Shown here: positions 18,624-28,166 of the stretch, one piece after another | Numbering within the stretch: position 1 is the first letter of the stretch | How the letters are laid out: each line of letters starts with the position of its first letter | Position numbers and translations under genes: made by a program | Notes under the pieces: model-generated | Databases searched by the model: none | What the model was told of the DNA's origin: nothing | Seen by the model: the letters and a program-made list of their open reading frames with translations, nothing else | Assembly: GCA_963716985.1 (NCBI GenBank) | Contig: OY970323.1 | Location: 1,344,001-1,408,000, forward strand | DNA length: 64,000 nt | Reading direction: 5' to 3' | Source of the DNA: an uncultured bacterium | GTDB lineage: Bacteria > Chlamydiota > Chlamydiia > Chlamydiales > SM23-39

Positions 18624-19622
18624 ATGATGTTTCCACGGCTCGTTCTCTTAGCGTTGCTTTCTACCTTTTCTCTCTTTGCACACAATCCGCGCGTGTCCCA
18701 AAAAGAAATTTCCGTCGAGAAGAGCTCTTTTGCTTATGTCCCTTGGTTTACCGGACCGCTTCTTGGAGGAAGCGGAACTTGTTTGAGCCCGGGTGAATGG
18801 AACGTTCAGGGATTTGTTGCTTTTGGGGCTCTCAATCAATTCTTCGACCTCAGCGGGAATGCCGTCTCCCTCGACGACAAAAGGACAATCGTTGACTCTC
18901 TTGCCTTCGTCCAAGCGGGACTTGTGTCCGGCTTGGATCTGAGCGTAGTATTGGAAGAATTTTATGCTCATATCAATGGCCGCTCCACATATGATTTTGG
19001 GGATACCTTGGTTTCTCTTGGCATGCAAGTCCACCGAGAAGATGATCGGTGGCCCGGGATTCGCTTGTTGTTTATGGAAAGATTCCCGACAGCGAAATTT
19101 GAATACCTCAACCCCCTATTCGAGGGCATGGATGCCTTTGTAGCGACAGGCTGTTTCACCTCCTATGTGAAACTAAACCTTTCCAAAACACTCTTCTGGT
19201 TTTATCGACATCCGATTGAATGGCGCCTCAATTTTATCCAGTCGTTTTCTTCCACTGCGCGCGTCCATGAATTTCATGCCTACGGGGGAGGGCATGGAAC
19301 GAAGGGGACTGTCTACCCTCCCAAAGGATTTTCTGCGATTTTCTCTTTTGAATTTTCCTTCACCCAACGCTGGGCCTACGCGATGGATATCTGGTACCAG
19401 CGCTTCACCAGAAGTCGCTTTTCCGGAATGAATGGAACGGATGACGAAGGAGCGCCGGCAATCAACGCCCAATCTTTTTATCAATGGATTGTTTTGACCC
19501 CCTGTCTCGAATATAATATTAGTGCGACTCAGGGACTTATAGGAGGCCTTTATGTGACCGTATCCGGCCACAACACCTATAAGATCGTCAACGCCGTCGT
19601 TTCCTACGAAGTTCTCTTTTAA
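18624..19622 (+). CDS. Putative outer-membrane beta-barrel (paralog 2)
   Basis: PWFTGPLL, FSFEFSFTQRW, C-terminal SYEVLF. Confidence 0.7.
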   Translation: MMFPRLVLLALLSTFSLFAHNPRVSQKEISVEKSSFAYVPWFTGPLLGGSGTCLSPGEWNVQGFVAFGALNQFFDLSGNAVSLDDKRTIVDSLAFVQAGLVSGLDLSVVLEEFYAHINGRSTYDFGDTLVSLGMQVHREDDRWPGIRLLFMERFPTAKFEYLNPLFEGMDAFVATGCFTSYVKLNLSKTLFWFYRHPIEWRLNFIQSFSSTARVHEFHAYGGGHGTKGTVYPPKGFSAIFSFEFSFTQRWAYAMDIWYQRFTRSRFSGMNGTDDEGAPAINAQSFYQWIVLTPCLEYNISATQGLIGGLYVTVSGHNTYKIVNAVVSYEVLF

Positions 19623-19712
19623 GGAAACGCAAGATTTTGATCTTCTCGTTTTGATAATAGAATTTTTTTCTCCTCTTTGATAAGTTGCCTATGAACGTAA
19701 AAGAGTATCTCG

Positions 19713-20708
19713 ATGCTTTTCTTGCGACTGCTTTTGGCGCTATTTCTATTTTCATTCCCTTTGCTTGCAATCAACCCTCCTTTGAGCCCCGAAGAGCTCC
19801 TTACGGAAAAGAAAAAATTTGCCTATCAACCCTGGTTTACGGGACCGATTTTATCAGGAAGCGGAACCTGCTTGCCTCCCCGCTACTGGGATATCCAGCC
19901 CTATTTTTCCTTTGGTTCCTTCAATCAATCGTTCACAGCCCGTGGAAAAACCACCACAGGCTCTAGAAAAAAATTGATTGATTTTTTGACCGTGGTCGAA
20001 GCGGGGATTGTTTCGGGTTTGGATATGAACGTTATATTAGAGGAATTTTATGTGCGCGTGAACCATCAGTCCGCCCATATTTTTGGAGACACGCTAGTCA
20101 CGCTTGGAATCCAAGCGCACAAAGAAGATGAAGAGTGGCCTGCAATCCGCGTGGTTTTTCAAGAGACTTTCCCCACAGGAAAATATGAACACCTCAATCC
20201 TTTAATGGAGAGTATGGATGGGTATGTAGGCAGCGGCTGTTTCACTTCGCATATAGGCCTGGCCCTCTCTAAAATCATCTACTGGTTTTATCGGCACCCC
20301 ATCGCCTGGCGCCTCAATTTACTCCAAGAGTTTCCAACAAACGCCCATGTCCATGGCTTTAACTCCTATGGAGGAGGTTTTGGGACAAATGGAACGGTTG
20401 CTCCTCCAAAAACATTCACGGCCCTCTTCTCTTTTGAATTTTCCTTCAACCAGCGCTGGGTCTATGCAATGGACATTCAATACAAGCGTTTTACACGAAA
20501 CCGCTTTCATGGATTTTCGGGAACGGATGCCAAAGGAACACCCGCAATCAACGCACAGCCCTTTTTTCAATCCTATGTTTTGACCCCTTCCATCGAATAT
20601 AACATTAAAGCAAATCAAGGGTTGATCTTTGGCGGTTTCATTACCATATATGGCCACAATGCTTTTAAGATTGTCAATACCGTCGTCTCTTATGAAATCA
20701 TCTTTTAA
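19713..20708 (+). CDS. Putative outer-membrane beta-barrel (paralog 3, tandem duplicate of paralog 2)
   Basis: PWFTGPIL, FSFEFSFNQRW, C-terminal SYEIIF; colinear with the previous ORF. Confidence 0.7.
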   Translation: MLFLRLLLALFLFSFPLLAINPPLSPEELLTEKKKFAYQPWFTGPILSGSGTCLPPRYWDIQPYFSFGSFNQSFTARGKTTTGSRKKLIDFLTVVEAGIVSGLDMNVILEEFYVRVNHQSAHIFGDTLVTLGIQAHKEDEEWPAIRVVFQETFPTGKYEHLNPLMESMDGYVGSGCFTSHIGLALSKIIYWFYRHPIAWRLNLLQEFPTNAHVHGFNSYGGGFGTNGTVAPPKTFTALFSFEFSFNQRWVYAMDIQYKRFTRNRFHGFSGTDAKGTPAINAQPFFQSYVLTPSIEYNIKANQGLIFGGFITIYGHNAFKIVNTVVSYEIIF

Positions 20709-21186
20709 CGAGCGATCCCAAGGGAATCGCCACAAAAAAGATCAATGATTCGGTTCCGGGATTTTTCGACCCCAGAGAAGCATTGGAAATGTGAAAGAAA
20801 TGAGCCCCCCATCTCATCTGATTTTTAAAAACCCATCCGGCTTCGAGTCCAGAGCGAAATTCTAAGGGAAATCCCAAATCCTTATCCTCCCCTCTCTGGT
20901 AATACCCGGCGGCAAAATTAGGAGATAAAAAAAGATGTCTTCCGATCACCCAATCGAATCCAAATCCGCCATAAAGATAGGTAGCTTTTTTCGCCGTAAT
21001 CGAAAAGCCCAGCATCGGCCGTATCGTTGCCCACTCCAAATGAGATTGATACTCGAGCCGGCTTACTACGCATCTTCTTTCTTCTCGGATGATGTCGTTG
21101 ATCCCGACGCCGACAGAAATCAGATCGGGTTTTGCATAGAGAAAAGAGGCACTCAAAAGCAAAGCCAACAAGAGCCAAACTTTCAT
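20698..21186 (-). CDS. PagL-like lipid A 3-O-deacylase / acyloxyacyl hydrolase
   Basis: Signal peptide, EFRSGLEAG, catalytic-type HISNA...NPGTES. Confidence 0.8.
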   Translation of the reverse strand: MKVWLLLALLLSASFLYAKPDLISVGVGINDIIREERRCVVSRLEYQSHLEWATIRPMLGFSITAKKATYLYGGFGFDWVIGRHLFLSPNFAAGYYQRGEDKDLGFPLEFRSGLEAGWVFKNQMRWGAHFFHISNASLGSKNPGTESLIFFVAIPLGSLVKR

Positions 21187-21270
21187 GCCCCCTCCTACAA
21201 AAGTTGCTTATATCTCGATGAAAATTCAAAGGCAATTGAAAAAAATGAAAGAGACCCCTATGCTAGCCTT

Positions 21271-21597
21271 ATGTTCTGTTGGAAATGCAAGGCAAACATT
21301 GATTTACCACATGGAAAGGCTGGGTTTCGCGCCATCTGTGAACTATGCGGAGCTGATTTTCACGTTTGCAAAAATTGCAAATATTTTTCCCTAGGCAAGC
21401 CCAACGACTGTTCTTATCCCGACACCCTCTTTGTTTCGGATCGCGAAAGCAATAATTTCTGTGAAGAGTTTTCCGCATCAACTTCTTTCTCACTCGAAGA
21501 AAAATCCTCCCCAAATGATGTTTCTCATAAGCTTTTTGGCGAAGATGCCACTCTTAAGAAAAAAGATTTCCATGCTCTTTTCGATGATCATGAATGA
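21271..21597 (+). CDS. Cys-rich zinc-ribbon hypothetical protein
   Basis: CWKC, CELC...HVCKNCKYF, NFCEEF. Confidence 0.75.
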   Translation: MFCWKCKANIDLPHGKAGFRAICELCGADFHVCKNCKYFSLGKPNDCSYPDTLFVSDRESNNFCEEFSASTSFSLEEKSSPNDVSHKLFGEDATLKKKDFHALFDDHE

Positions 21598-21692
21598 TCG
21601 TCCCTGCGATGGAGCAAATGGGCCAAATTCCCGGGACAAGGGTCGTTGTTTTTCAGCGCAAAGTAATAGAATTCTTAAAAAAGCCCATGAGT

Positions 21693-22631
21693 TCATTCGC
21701 CTGCAAAATGTAAAATGATATTTTCCGCCGCCGCCTTTGCCATGTTCCAGCGGCACTCTTTGGTCGACGTCCCAATATGGGGAAGAATCCAGCAATTTTT
21801 GAGTGCGCATAACGGATGGGAAGCGGGAAGCGGCTCCGGATCCGTTACATCTAAAGCCGCCCCTTTGAGCATGCCTTCTTTTAAAGCAATCACAAGATCG
21901 TCGGTTTTGACCACCGCTCCTCTTGCCATGTTGATCAGTAATGGCTTTTTTTTCATTTTTCGCATGGCCTCTAAATGAATCATTCCTCGGGTCTTGGGAG
22001 TCAAGGGCACATGTAAAGAAATAGTATCAGAAGATGCAAACAGCTCCTCTTGGTCGACTTGTATCGCCTTTTTTTCAAGATCTTCGGGTATTTCTTTTTT
22101 AGAAAGAGATGAGAAGATGACCTTCATCCCAAACCCTAAAGCTCTTGTTGCAACCGCCTGGCCGATCCGGCCAAAACCAAGAATCCCGAGCGTCTTTCCC
22201 CAAAGCTCATCGCCTACAAAAAGATCGCACCTCCAATTCTTCCAAAGATCTTTTCTGACATACTCTCTAGACTCGCAAAGATTGCGGGAGGCAGCCAGAA
22301 GCAGCGCAAACGTCAGATCTGCGGTGCTATTCGTAACAATATTGGGGAGATGATAGACTGCGATCCCGACCCTCCCGGCAAATTCCAGAGCAATGTTATC
22401 GAGGCCGACGGCATAATTGGAAATGACTTGCAGCCGGCTCTTTTGAGATAAAATCTCCTCATCCAGAGGATCGGAGAGCATAGAAAGAATCCCGTCATAT
22501 TCTTTGACCGATTCGATCAACTCTTGGCGAGACAGGGTGGGTCGCGGGTGAACTTTCACACAAAACCGCTTTTCCAACAGCAACTTTTGCGCAATATCGG
22601 GAATCTTTCTTGTAATGAAGATTTTTCTCAT
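21693..22631 (-). CDS. D-isomer-specific 2-hydroxyacid dehydrogenase (glyoxylate reductase-like)
   Basis: AVGLDNI, GILGFGRIG, INMARG, LDVTDPEP, LPHIG. Confidence 0.92.
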   Translation of the reverse strand: MRKIFITRKIPDIAQKLLLEKRFCVKVHPRPTLSRQELIESVKEYDGILSMLSDPLDEEILSQKSRLQVISNYAVGLDNIALEFAGRVGIAVYHLPNIVTNSTADLTFALLLAASRNLCESREYVRKDLWKNWRCDLFVGDELWGKTLGILGFGRIGQAVATRALGFGMKVIFSSLSKKEIPEDLEKKAIQVDQEELFASSDTISLHVPLTPKTRGMIHLEAMRKMKKKPLLINMARGAVVKTDDLVIALKEGMLKGAALDVTDPEPLPASHPLCALKNCWILPHIGTSTKECRWNMAKAAAENIILHFAGE

Positions 22632-23638
22632 GATTTCTTCGCACCCAAAAGATCGGGAGAAAGTTTGGACACAGGATATTTGGTTTTGATGGAATCAAAT
22701 AAAGAAAGAGACTGTGTAATCATTGACGCTGCATTGGCCACGTCGGCCGGCATGAGAATCGTCGTGCCTGCCTTTGCCAGCTCTTTAAAAGCTTCGATAT
22801 ACTCCTGGGCCAATTTCAAAGAAATGGCCTTTTCGCTGGAAAGACCTTGCATCGCATCGGCAATGATCTGTATTTCTTCCGTCGTCGCCTTTGCAAGAGC
22901 TAGAATCGATTCCGCTTTTGCCTTCGAACGATTGATCACCTCCACCATTGCAGCCTCGGAGGAAAGCAGCGTGCATTGCTTCATACCCTCTGCCAGGTTG
23001 ATTTCCGCCTGTCTTTTTCCCTCGGATTCGTTGATTTGCGCTTGCCGAATCCCCTCAGACTCCAAAATGCGCGCGCGTTTTTGCCTCTCCGCCGTCATTT
23101 GCAGCTCCATGGCCTTGCGAATCTCGTCGGGCATGTTAATATCTTTAATTTCATAGCGAAGGGCGCGGACACCCCACGCAGACGCTGCCTCGTTGATTGT
23201 CTCGACGATATGGGCGTTGAGCATCTCTCTTTCCTGAAACGTTCGATCCAAAGGAAGCTTGCCTATTTCGGATCTCATGCTTGTTTGCACAAGTTGGGAG
23301 ATGGCAAATTGAGGATCTTTCACTCCATAGGAAGCTGCCACGGGATCCACAACTTTTATGTAAAGAACACCATCCAAAGTAAGCGTCACGTTGTCCTGCG
23401 TAATCGCCATCTGTTCCCGAATCTCCATCGCTTCCTCTTTGAAGGAGTGGGTATAGGCCACAACGTCGATAAGTGGGGGAATCCAGTTGAGTCCGGGAGA
23501 TAGCTGTCGATGAAATCTTCCAAGCCTTTGGACAACCCAGGCCTCTTGCTGGGGAACGACCCGATATCCTTTTACAACGACGTAAAAAAAAGCAAGACCA
23601 AAGAAAAGAAACCCTATTCCAAAGTAAAGAGATTGCAT
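22628..23638 (-). CDS. SPFH/stomatin-like protein (QmcA-like)
   Basis: N-terminal TM, AITQDNVTL, MRSEIGKL, QMTAERQKRA. Confidence 0.92.
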   Translation of the reverse strand: MQSLYFGIGFLFFGLAFFYVVVKGYRVVPQQEAWVVQRLGRFHRQLSPGLNWIPPLIDVVAYTHSFKEEAMEIREQMAITQDNVTLTLDGVLYIKVVDPVAASYGVKDPQFAISQLVQTSMRSEIGKLPLDRTFQEREMLNAHIVETINEAASAWGVRALRYEIKDINMPDEIRKAMELQMTAERQKRARILESEGIRQAQINESEGKRQAEINLAEGMKQCTLLSSEAAMVEVINRSKAKAESILALAKATTEEIQIIADAMQGLSSEKAISLKLAQEYIEAFKELAKAGTTILMPADVANAASMITQSLSLFDSIKTKYPVSKLSPDLLGAKKS

Positions 23639-23794
23639 GGTTTTTCCTCAAAATATCCTCATCATCTCAAACTTTACCGAAGAAGAAAATTTTTCGCGAT
23701 CGAAGAAAATGAACTCGTTTCCTTTTTGATTTAAAACAAAAAAGGACCCGGAGTAAAATAACGAAAAAAACTGAAGTCCGGTGAAATTTTTCCC

Positions 23795-25510
23795 ATGAAA
23801 AAACTTTCTTTTTTTCTCTTATCCGCTTGCCTGTTTTTGTCTTTCAAAACGCATGCAATGAGCGAACCTACCGATGAAGCCATTGATAGCGCCATCGATT
23901 CGCTCAGCTTCGATCAAAAAGTAGGACAGCTCTTCCTCTCTTTTTTCCATGGAAGCTCTCTCGATGAAGAGACGAAGCGGTTCATCGAAAGGGCGCATCT
24001 TGGAAATTTTCTCTATTTTTCATGGGCAAACAAGCTTTCCGATCCCCGCCAAGTAAGAAGGCTCTCCGATGAGCTCTATGATTTTGTCTCAAAAATAAAC
24101 AACCTCCCTCCTCTTATTTGCATCGATCAGGAAGGAGGGATCGTTTCTCGTCTACGCGTGGGATACAGTCAATTTCCGGGCAACATGGCGCTTGGAGCCG
24201 CTCAAGACGAAGCTTTGAGCTACAAGGTTGGGAAAGCAATTGGAAGAGAGCTGAAAGAGAGCGGGATCCATCTCAATTTAGCGCCCGTTGTCGATGTCCA
24301 TTCCAACCTGGAAAATCCAGTCATCGGAGTGCGCTCCTTTTCCGGCAAGCCGTTAATAGTCGCAACTCTTGCAAAAAAAATGATTCAAGGCTTTCACGAG
24401 GAAAATATTGGATCTGCCCTCAAACATTTTCCGGGACATGGGGACACAACTCTCAATTCCCACACTCATCTTCCCTGCGTCCGAAAAACACTCAAGGAGT
24501 TGCAAGCAACCGAACTCATTCCTTTTGCCTCGTTGAAAAATGATGCCGACTGCATCTTGACAGCACATGTGATCTATCCGGCGCTAGATGCAACAAACCC
24601 GGCCACTCTTTCCGCCAAAATTATCACCGATTTTTTGAGGAAATCTCTCGGATTTGACGGGGTTGTGCTCAGCGATTCTCTGATGATGCGGGGCGTGTCC
24701 AGAGATCAATCCTCATTTGAAAGGGCCGTCGCTTCCATCTCAAAAGCTGCCATTAAAGCTTTTCTCGCGGGGTGCGACCTGCTCATCGTGTCCAGGACCG
24801 AGTGGGCCGATTTTCTTCCCTCAAGAGAAGAAGATGAAGAGCTCATCATCCGGGTCGTCGAAAATTTCAAAAGAGCCGTCAAAGAGGGAATCATCCCTCA
24901 AGAGCGTCTGCATGATTCGCTGAAAAGAATTCTTCGTCTGAAAGCCAAATATGCTCACAAAAACACAAAACGGGAAGAGATTTACCCCCAAGAAGCGCTT
25001 AGCCGCGAAGTTGCCCAAAAATCCTTGACTCTTTTGTCTTCGGAAAAGCTCTGGAATCAAATCGACACCCGTCTTTCCGGAAAAAACTGGGTGGTCATCG
25101 CTCCGGAAGAGCTCAGAGAACCGCTGGAAGAGAGTTGTAAAAATACCCGCCTCTCTCCCTCTCTCTTTTATTTTACAAACGAAGAGCTTAAAACCTGCTT
25201 TTTGCCCACTTTAGAGAAAGTCAAAGAGAAGATTTCGTCTTCCTCTCTTGCCCTTTTTCTTTCCTATCTATCTCCTACTAACAAGGAGCAGAAAGAACTG
25301 CTCGGCCGTCTTGCAAAAGAATATGGCAAAGAACAGTTGGTGATCGCGGGCTGTCGCAATCCTCAGGACCTCTTCCAAATAAATGATCATTTGACGCTTT
25401 TGACCTATAGTCCCTCAACATCGAGCCTCTCTGCTCTCCTCTTAGCGTTGGAAAACCATGAAAAACCCCGCGGCATTCTTCCATTAAGCGTCTTGCCATC
25501 AAAGCCTTAA
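23795..25510 (+). CDS. nagZ: GH3 beta-N-acetylhexosaminidase, secreted
   Basis: Signal peptide, DQEGG, NLAPVVD, KHFPGHG, nucleophile in LSDSL. Confidence 0.85.
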   Translation: MKKLSFFLLSACLFLSFKTHAMSEPTDEAIDSAIDSLSFDQKVGQLFLSFFHGSSLDEETKRFIERAHLGNFLYFSWANKLSDPRQVRRLSDELYDFVSKINNLPPLICIDQEGGIVSRLRVGYSQFPGNMALGAAQDEALSYKVGKAIGRELKESGIHLNLAPVVDVHSNLENPVIGVRSFSGKPLIVATLAKKMIQGFHEENIGSALKHFPGHGDTTLNSHTHLPCVRKTLKELQATELIPFASLKNDADCILTAHVIYPALDATNPATLSAKIITDFLRKSLGFDGVVLSDSLMMRGVSRDQSSFERAVASISKAAIKAFLAGCDLLIVSRTEWADFLPSREEDEELIIRVVENFKRAVKEGIIPQERLHDSLKRILRLKAKYAHKNTKREEIYPQEALSREVAQKSLTLLSSEKLWNQIDTRLSGKNWVVIAPEELREPLEESCKNTRLSPSLFYFTNEELKTCFLPTLEKVKEKISSSSLALFLSYLSPTNKEQKELLGRLAKEYGKEQLVIAGCRNPQDLFQINDHLTLLTYSPSTSSLSALLLALENHEKPRGILPLSVLPSKP

Positions 25511-25575
25511 ATCTATTCTTTGTTTTTTTTGAAGAACATGAAATACTAACTGCTTTCCTGATTTAAAAGGTATTT

Positions 25576-26982
25576 ATGTCGCGCCCGAAAAGTAGAGTTC
25601 TTAGCGTTTTTGTGCTTTGCATGATCAATGTCGCTGCCATTTGTAATATTGCCAATTTGACCTTCACTGCCCAAAAGGGATTTTCTTCTCTTTTTTATTA
25701 TGCCCTCTCTTCCCTGATTTTCTTCATTCCCGTTGGACTTGCCTCTGCAGAGCTCGCCTCCGGATGGCCTGAGCGCGGAGGGGTTTATACCTGGGTAAGA
25801 GAAGCACTTGGGGAAAGGGCCGGTTTTGTTGCGATATGGCTGCAATGGGTCGAAAACGTGATCTGGTATCCGACCCTTCTTGCTTTTGTTGCAGGAACGT
25901 TTGCCTATATTTTCAATCCTTCCTTAGCGGAAAATAAATTGTATATCATGACCGTCGTGCTCGTCACCTTTTGGCTGATCACTTTTTTGAATACATTAGG
26001 CATGAGAATTTCTGCATGGATCAGTACGCTCTGCGTTCTCTTTGGAACGCTTTTCCCGGGACTTTTTTTGATCTCTATGGGCATTGGACATCTCGCATCG
26101 GGAGGAATTTCTCAAATATCCTTTTCGTCAGGCTCTCTCATCCCGTCGCTTGCAAATTTTGATCACATTTCCGTGCTTGCCGCAGTACTGCTCTCTCTTG
26201 CGGGGCTCGAAATGTCCGGCGTTCATGCGAAAGAGGTCGAAAATCCCCAAAAAGATTATCCGAAGGCCATCTTTTCCTCCTCCATCATCATCTTCGGCCT
26301 GCTCTCGCTGGCCTCGCTCTCCATCGCACTGATCGTTCCCAAAGAGAAGTTAGAGCTTGCATCGGGAACCATCGAAGCCTTTCGCCTCTATTTTGATTCC
26401 TACGGAATCTCCTGGATGCTGCCTCTTGTTGCTTTTCTCATCGTTCTGGGATCGATTGGACTGATTAGCACCTGGACCATTGGACCGACCAAGGGGCTTT
26501 TGGCAACTGCACGCCATGGAGATTTGCCTCCTTTTTTACAAAAGACCAATAAAAAAGGCATGCCTGTTTCCATTCTTTTTATCCAGGCATCGGTCGTAAC
26601 CCTTTTGTCCTTTACTTTCTTCCTCATGCCAACTGTCAGCTCCACCTATCGTCTTCTTTTTTATTTGGCAGCCCAGCTCTACCTCGTCATGTATGTTTTG
26701 CTATTCCTCTCGCTTCTTGTCTTACGCTACAAAAAACCCGAAGTGGAGCGCCCCTTTAAAGTTCCTTTTGGAAAAGCGGGCGTTTGGATCCTTGCCTCCC
26801 TGGGAATATTGGGATCTCTGTTTGCCATCGGGTGCAGCTTCATCCCCTCAGGTGACATCGAAAAAACCCATCGCGTATTTTTTGTGCTTTTTTTAGCGGG
26901 AGGCATCTTCCTTTTTTGCTTCATCCCTCTCATGATTCATAGCATGAGAAAACCTTCCTGGCACATTTTTAAAGAAGAGTGA
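25576..26982 (+). CDS. APC-superfamily amino acid antiporter (GadC-like)
   Basis: AELASGWPERGGVYTWV, W-YPT, AGLEMS, NPQKDYPKA; about 12 TM. Confidence 0.85.
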   Translation: MSRPKSRVLSVFVLCMINVAAICNIANLTFTAQKGFSSLFYYALSSLIFFIPVGLASAELASGWPERGGVYTWVREALGERAGFVAIWLQWVENVIWYPTLLAFVAGTFAYIFNPSLAENKLYIMTVVLVTFWLITFLNTLGMRISAWISTLCVLFGTLFPGLFLISMGIGHLASGGISQISFSSGSLIPSLANFDHISVLAAVLLSLAGLEMSGVHAKEVENPQKDYPKAIFSSSIIIFGLLSLASLSIALIVPKEKLELASGTIEAFRLYFDSYGISWMLPLVAFLIVLGSIGLISTWTIGPTKGLLATARHGDLPPFLQKTNKKGMPVSILFIQASVVTLLSFTFFLMPTVSSTYRLLFYLAAQLYLVMYVLLFLSLLVLRYKKPEVERPFKVPFGKAGVWILASLGILGSLFAIGCSFIPSGDIEKTHRVFFVLFLAGGIFLFCFIPLMIHSMRKPSWHIFKEE

Positions 26983-26992
26983 GGAAAAAAAA

Positions 26993-27964
26993 TCAGAAGA
27001 CCAGATATTTCGCAAGAGAGAGGTAGATCACCATTGTCAATACATCGGAAAACATGAGGACAATAGGACCGGAGGCAATCTTAGGATCCAAGGCCACCCG
27101 ATGCAATAAAAGAGGCAGGAAGGCCCCGAGAACCGAGGTCAAACAAACAGAGGCCATAATCCCAAGGGCAATCGCAAGCGAAGTGATCAGGGATCCTTCC
27201 AATAGAGAAATGCATCCGACAAAAACCCCCGTCGTTGCTGCCATAAAAAAAATGAGCTTAAACTCTTTAAAGGGCCGCAAAAAGATCGAAAATCGGGGCG
27301 CCTTGTTTCTTCTGACATAAAAAAGACTTTGCGCCATCAATTGCATGGAAATGGCTTCACTCAGAGAGAGTACAAGCGGGATAAAGATGACCAGAACAAG
27401 TGTTTTTGAAAAAACGGCTTCGTAATGATAGGAAATAAACGCACAGAGAAGTCCGCCCAATATATTGCATATGATCCAAGGCATACGCAAAAGATATTTG
27501 CGCCAAAGCGAGGCTTTTTCTTCTAAACTCAGCCCCATCAGCTGAAACGCATCTTCCCGCTGGCAGGCTTTGGCAATGTCAAAAGATTCATCAAGACAAT
27601 TTTCCACATCAATCGATCCCAAGAGATGTCCCTCTTTGTCAAGAACGGGAAGGGCCAGAAGGTTATGGCGGTGAAAAATTTCGAACGCTTTTTCGAGTTT
27701 TTCATCTTCCAAAACGTGGATCACAGCCCTTTCCATCACCTCTTCCACCCTCTTGAGGGGAGGCGAAAGAAGAAGTTTTCTGGCCGGAACGATTCCCGTC
27801 AGATGATTTTCATCATCAACGACATAAAAATAGATAATCTTTTCCTCTATCCCCTGTTTTTGAAGAAAAGAGAGTGCGTCATGAATCGTATCTCTCATTT
27901 TGAGAGTCGTATGGACAGGCTGAACGACATCCTTGACAAGAGCTGATAGTTTGCAATGAGCCAT
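26993..27964 (-). CDS. mgtE: MgtE-family magnesium transporter (CBS pair plus TM domain, no N-domain)
   Basis: YFYVVD CBS pair, RMPW, DPKIASGP...SDV. Confidence 0.85.
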   Translation of the reverse strand: MAHCKLSALVKDVVQPVHTTLKMRDTIHDALSFLQKQGIEEKIIYFYVVDDENHLTGIVPARKLLLSPPLKRVEEVMERAVIHVLEDEKLEKAFEIFHRHNLLALPVLDKEGHLLGSIDVENCLDESFDIAKACQREDAFQLMGLSLEEKASLWRKYLLRMPWIICNILGGLLCAFISYHYEAVFSKTLVLVIFIPLVLSLSEAISMQLMAQSLFYVRRNKAPRFSIFLRPFKEFKLIFFMAATTGVFVGCISLLEGSLITSLAIALGIMASVCLTSVLGAFLPLLLHRVALDPKIASGPIVLMFSDVLTMVIYLSLAKYLVF

Positions 27965-28166
27965 ACATTTTCTTCATAAACGAAGCGGGAAAAATGCGCA
28001 AGAGCCTTTCCCGCAAAATGTCTTTTATCTTTTTGTCAGTCAATAAGATAGTACTTATTTCCTCCGCATCAGCCCGAAGGGGGGATGAATGTGCAATGAG
28101 TTGGTATTTTTTTCTCAACTCTTTTTCATCAAATTTGTTAAACTCCTCGAAAAAAGGACAAACCCC

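Noticed and set aside
28060..28166. glmS ribozyme upstream of glmS
   Set aside because: Only a small hairpin; the conserved ribozyme core is not visible.
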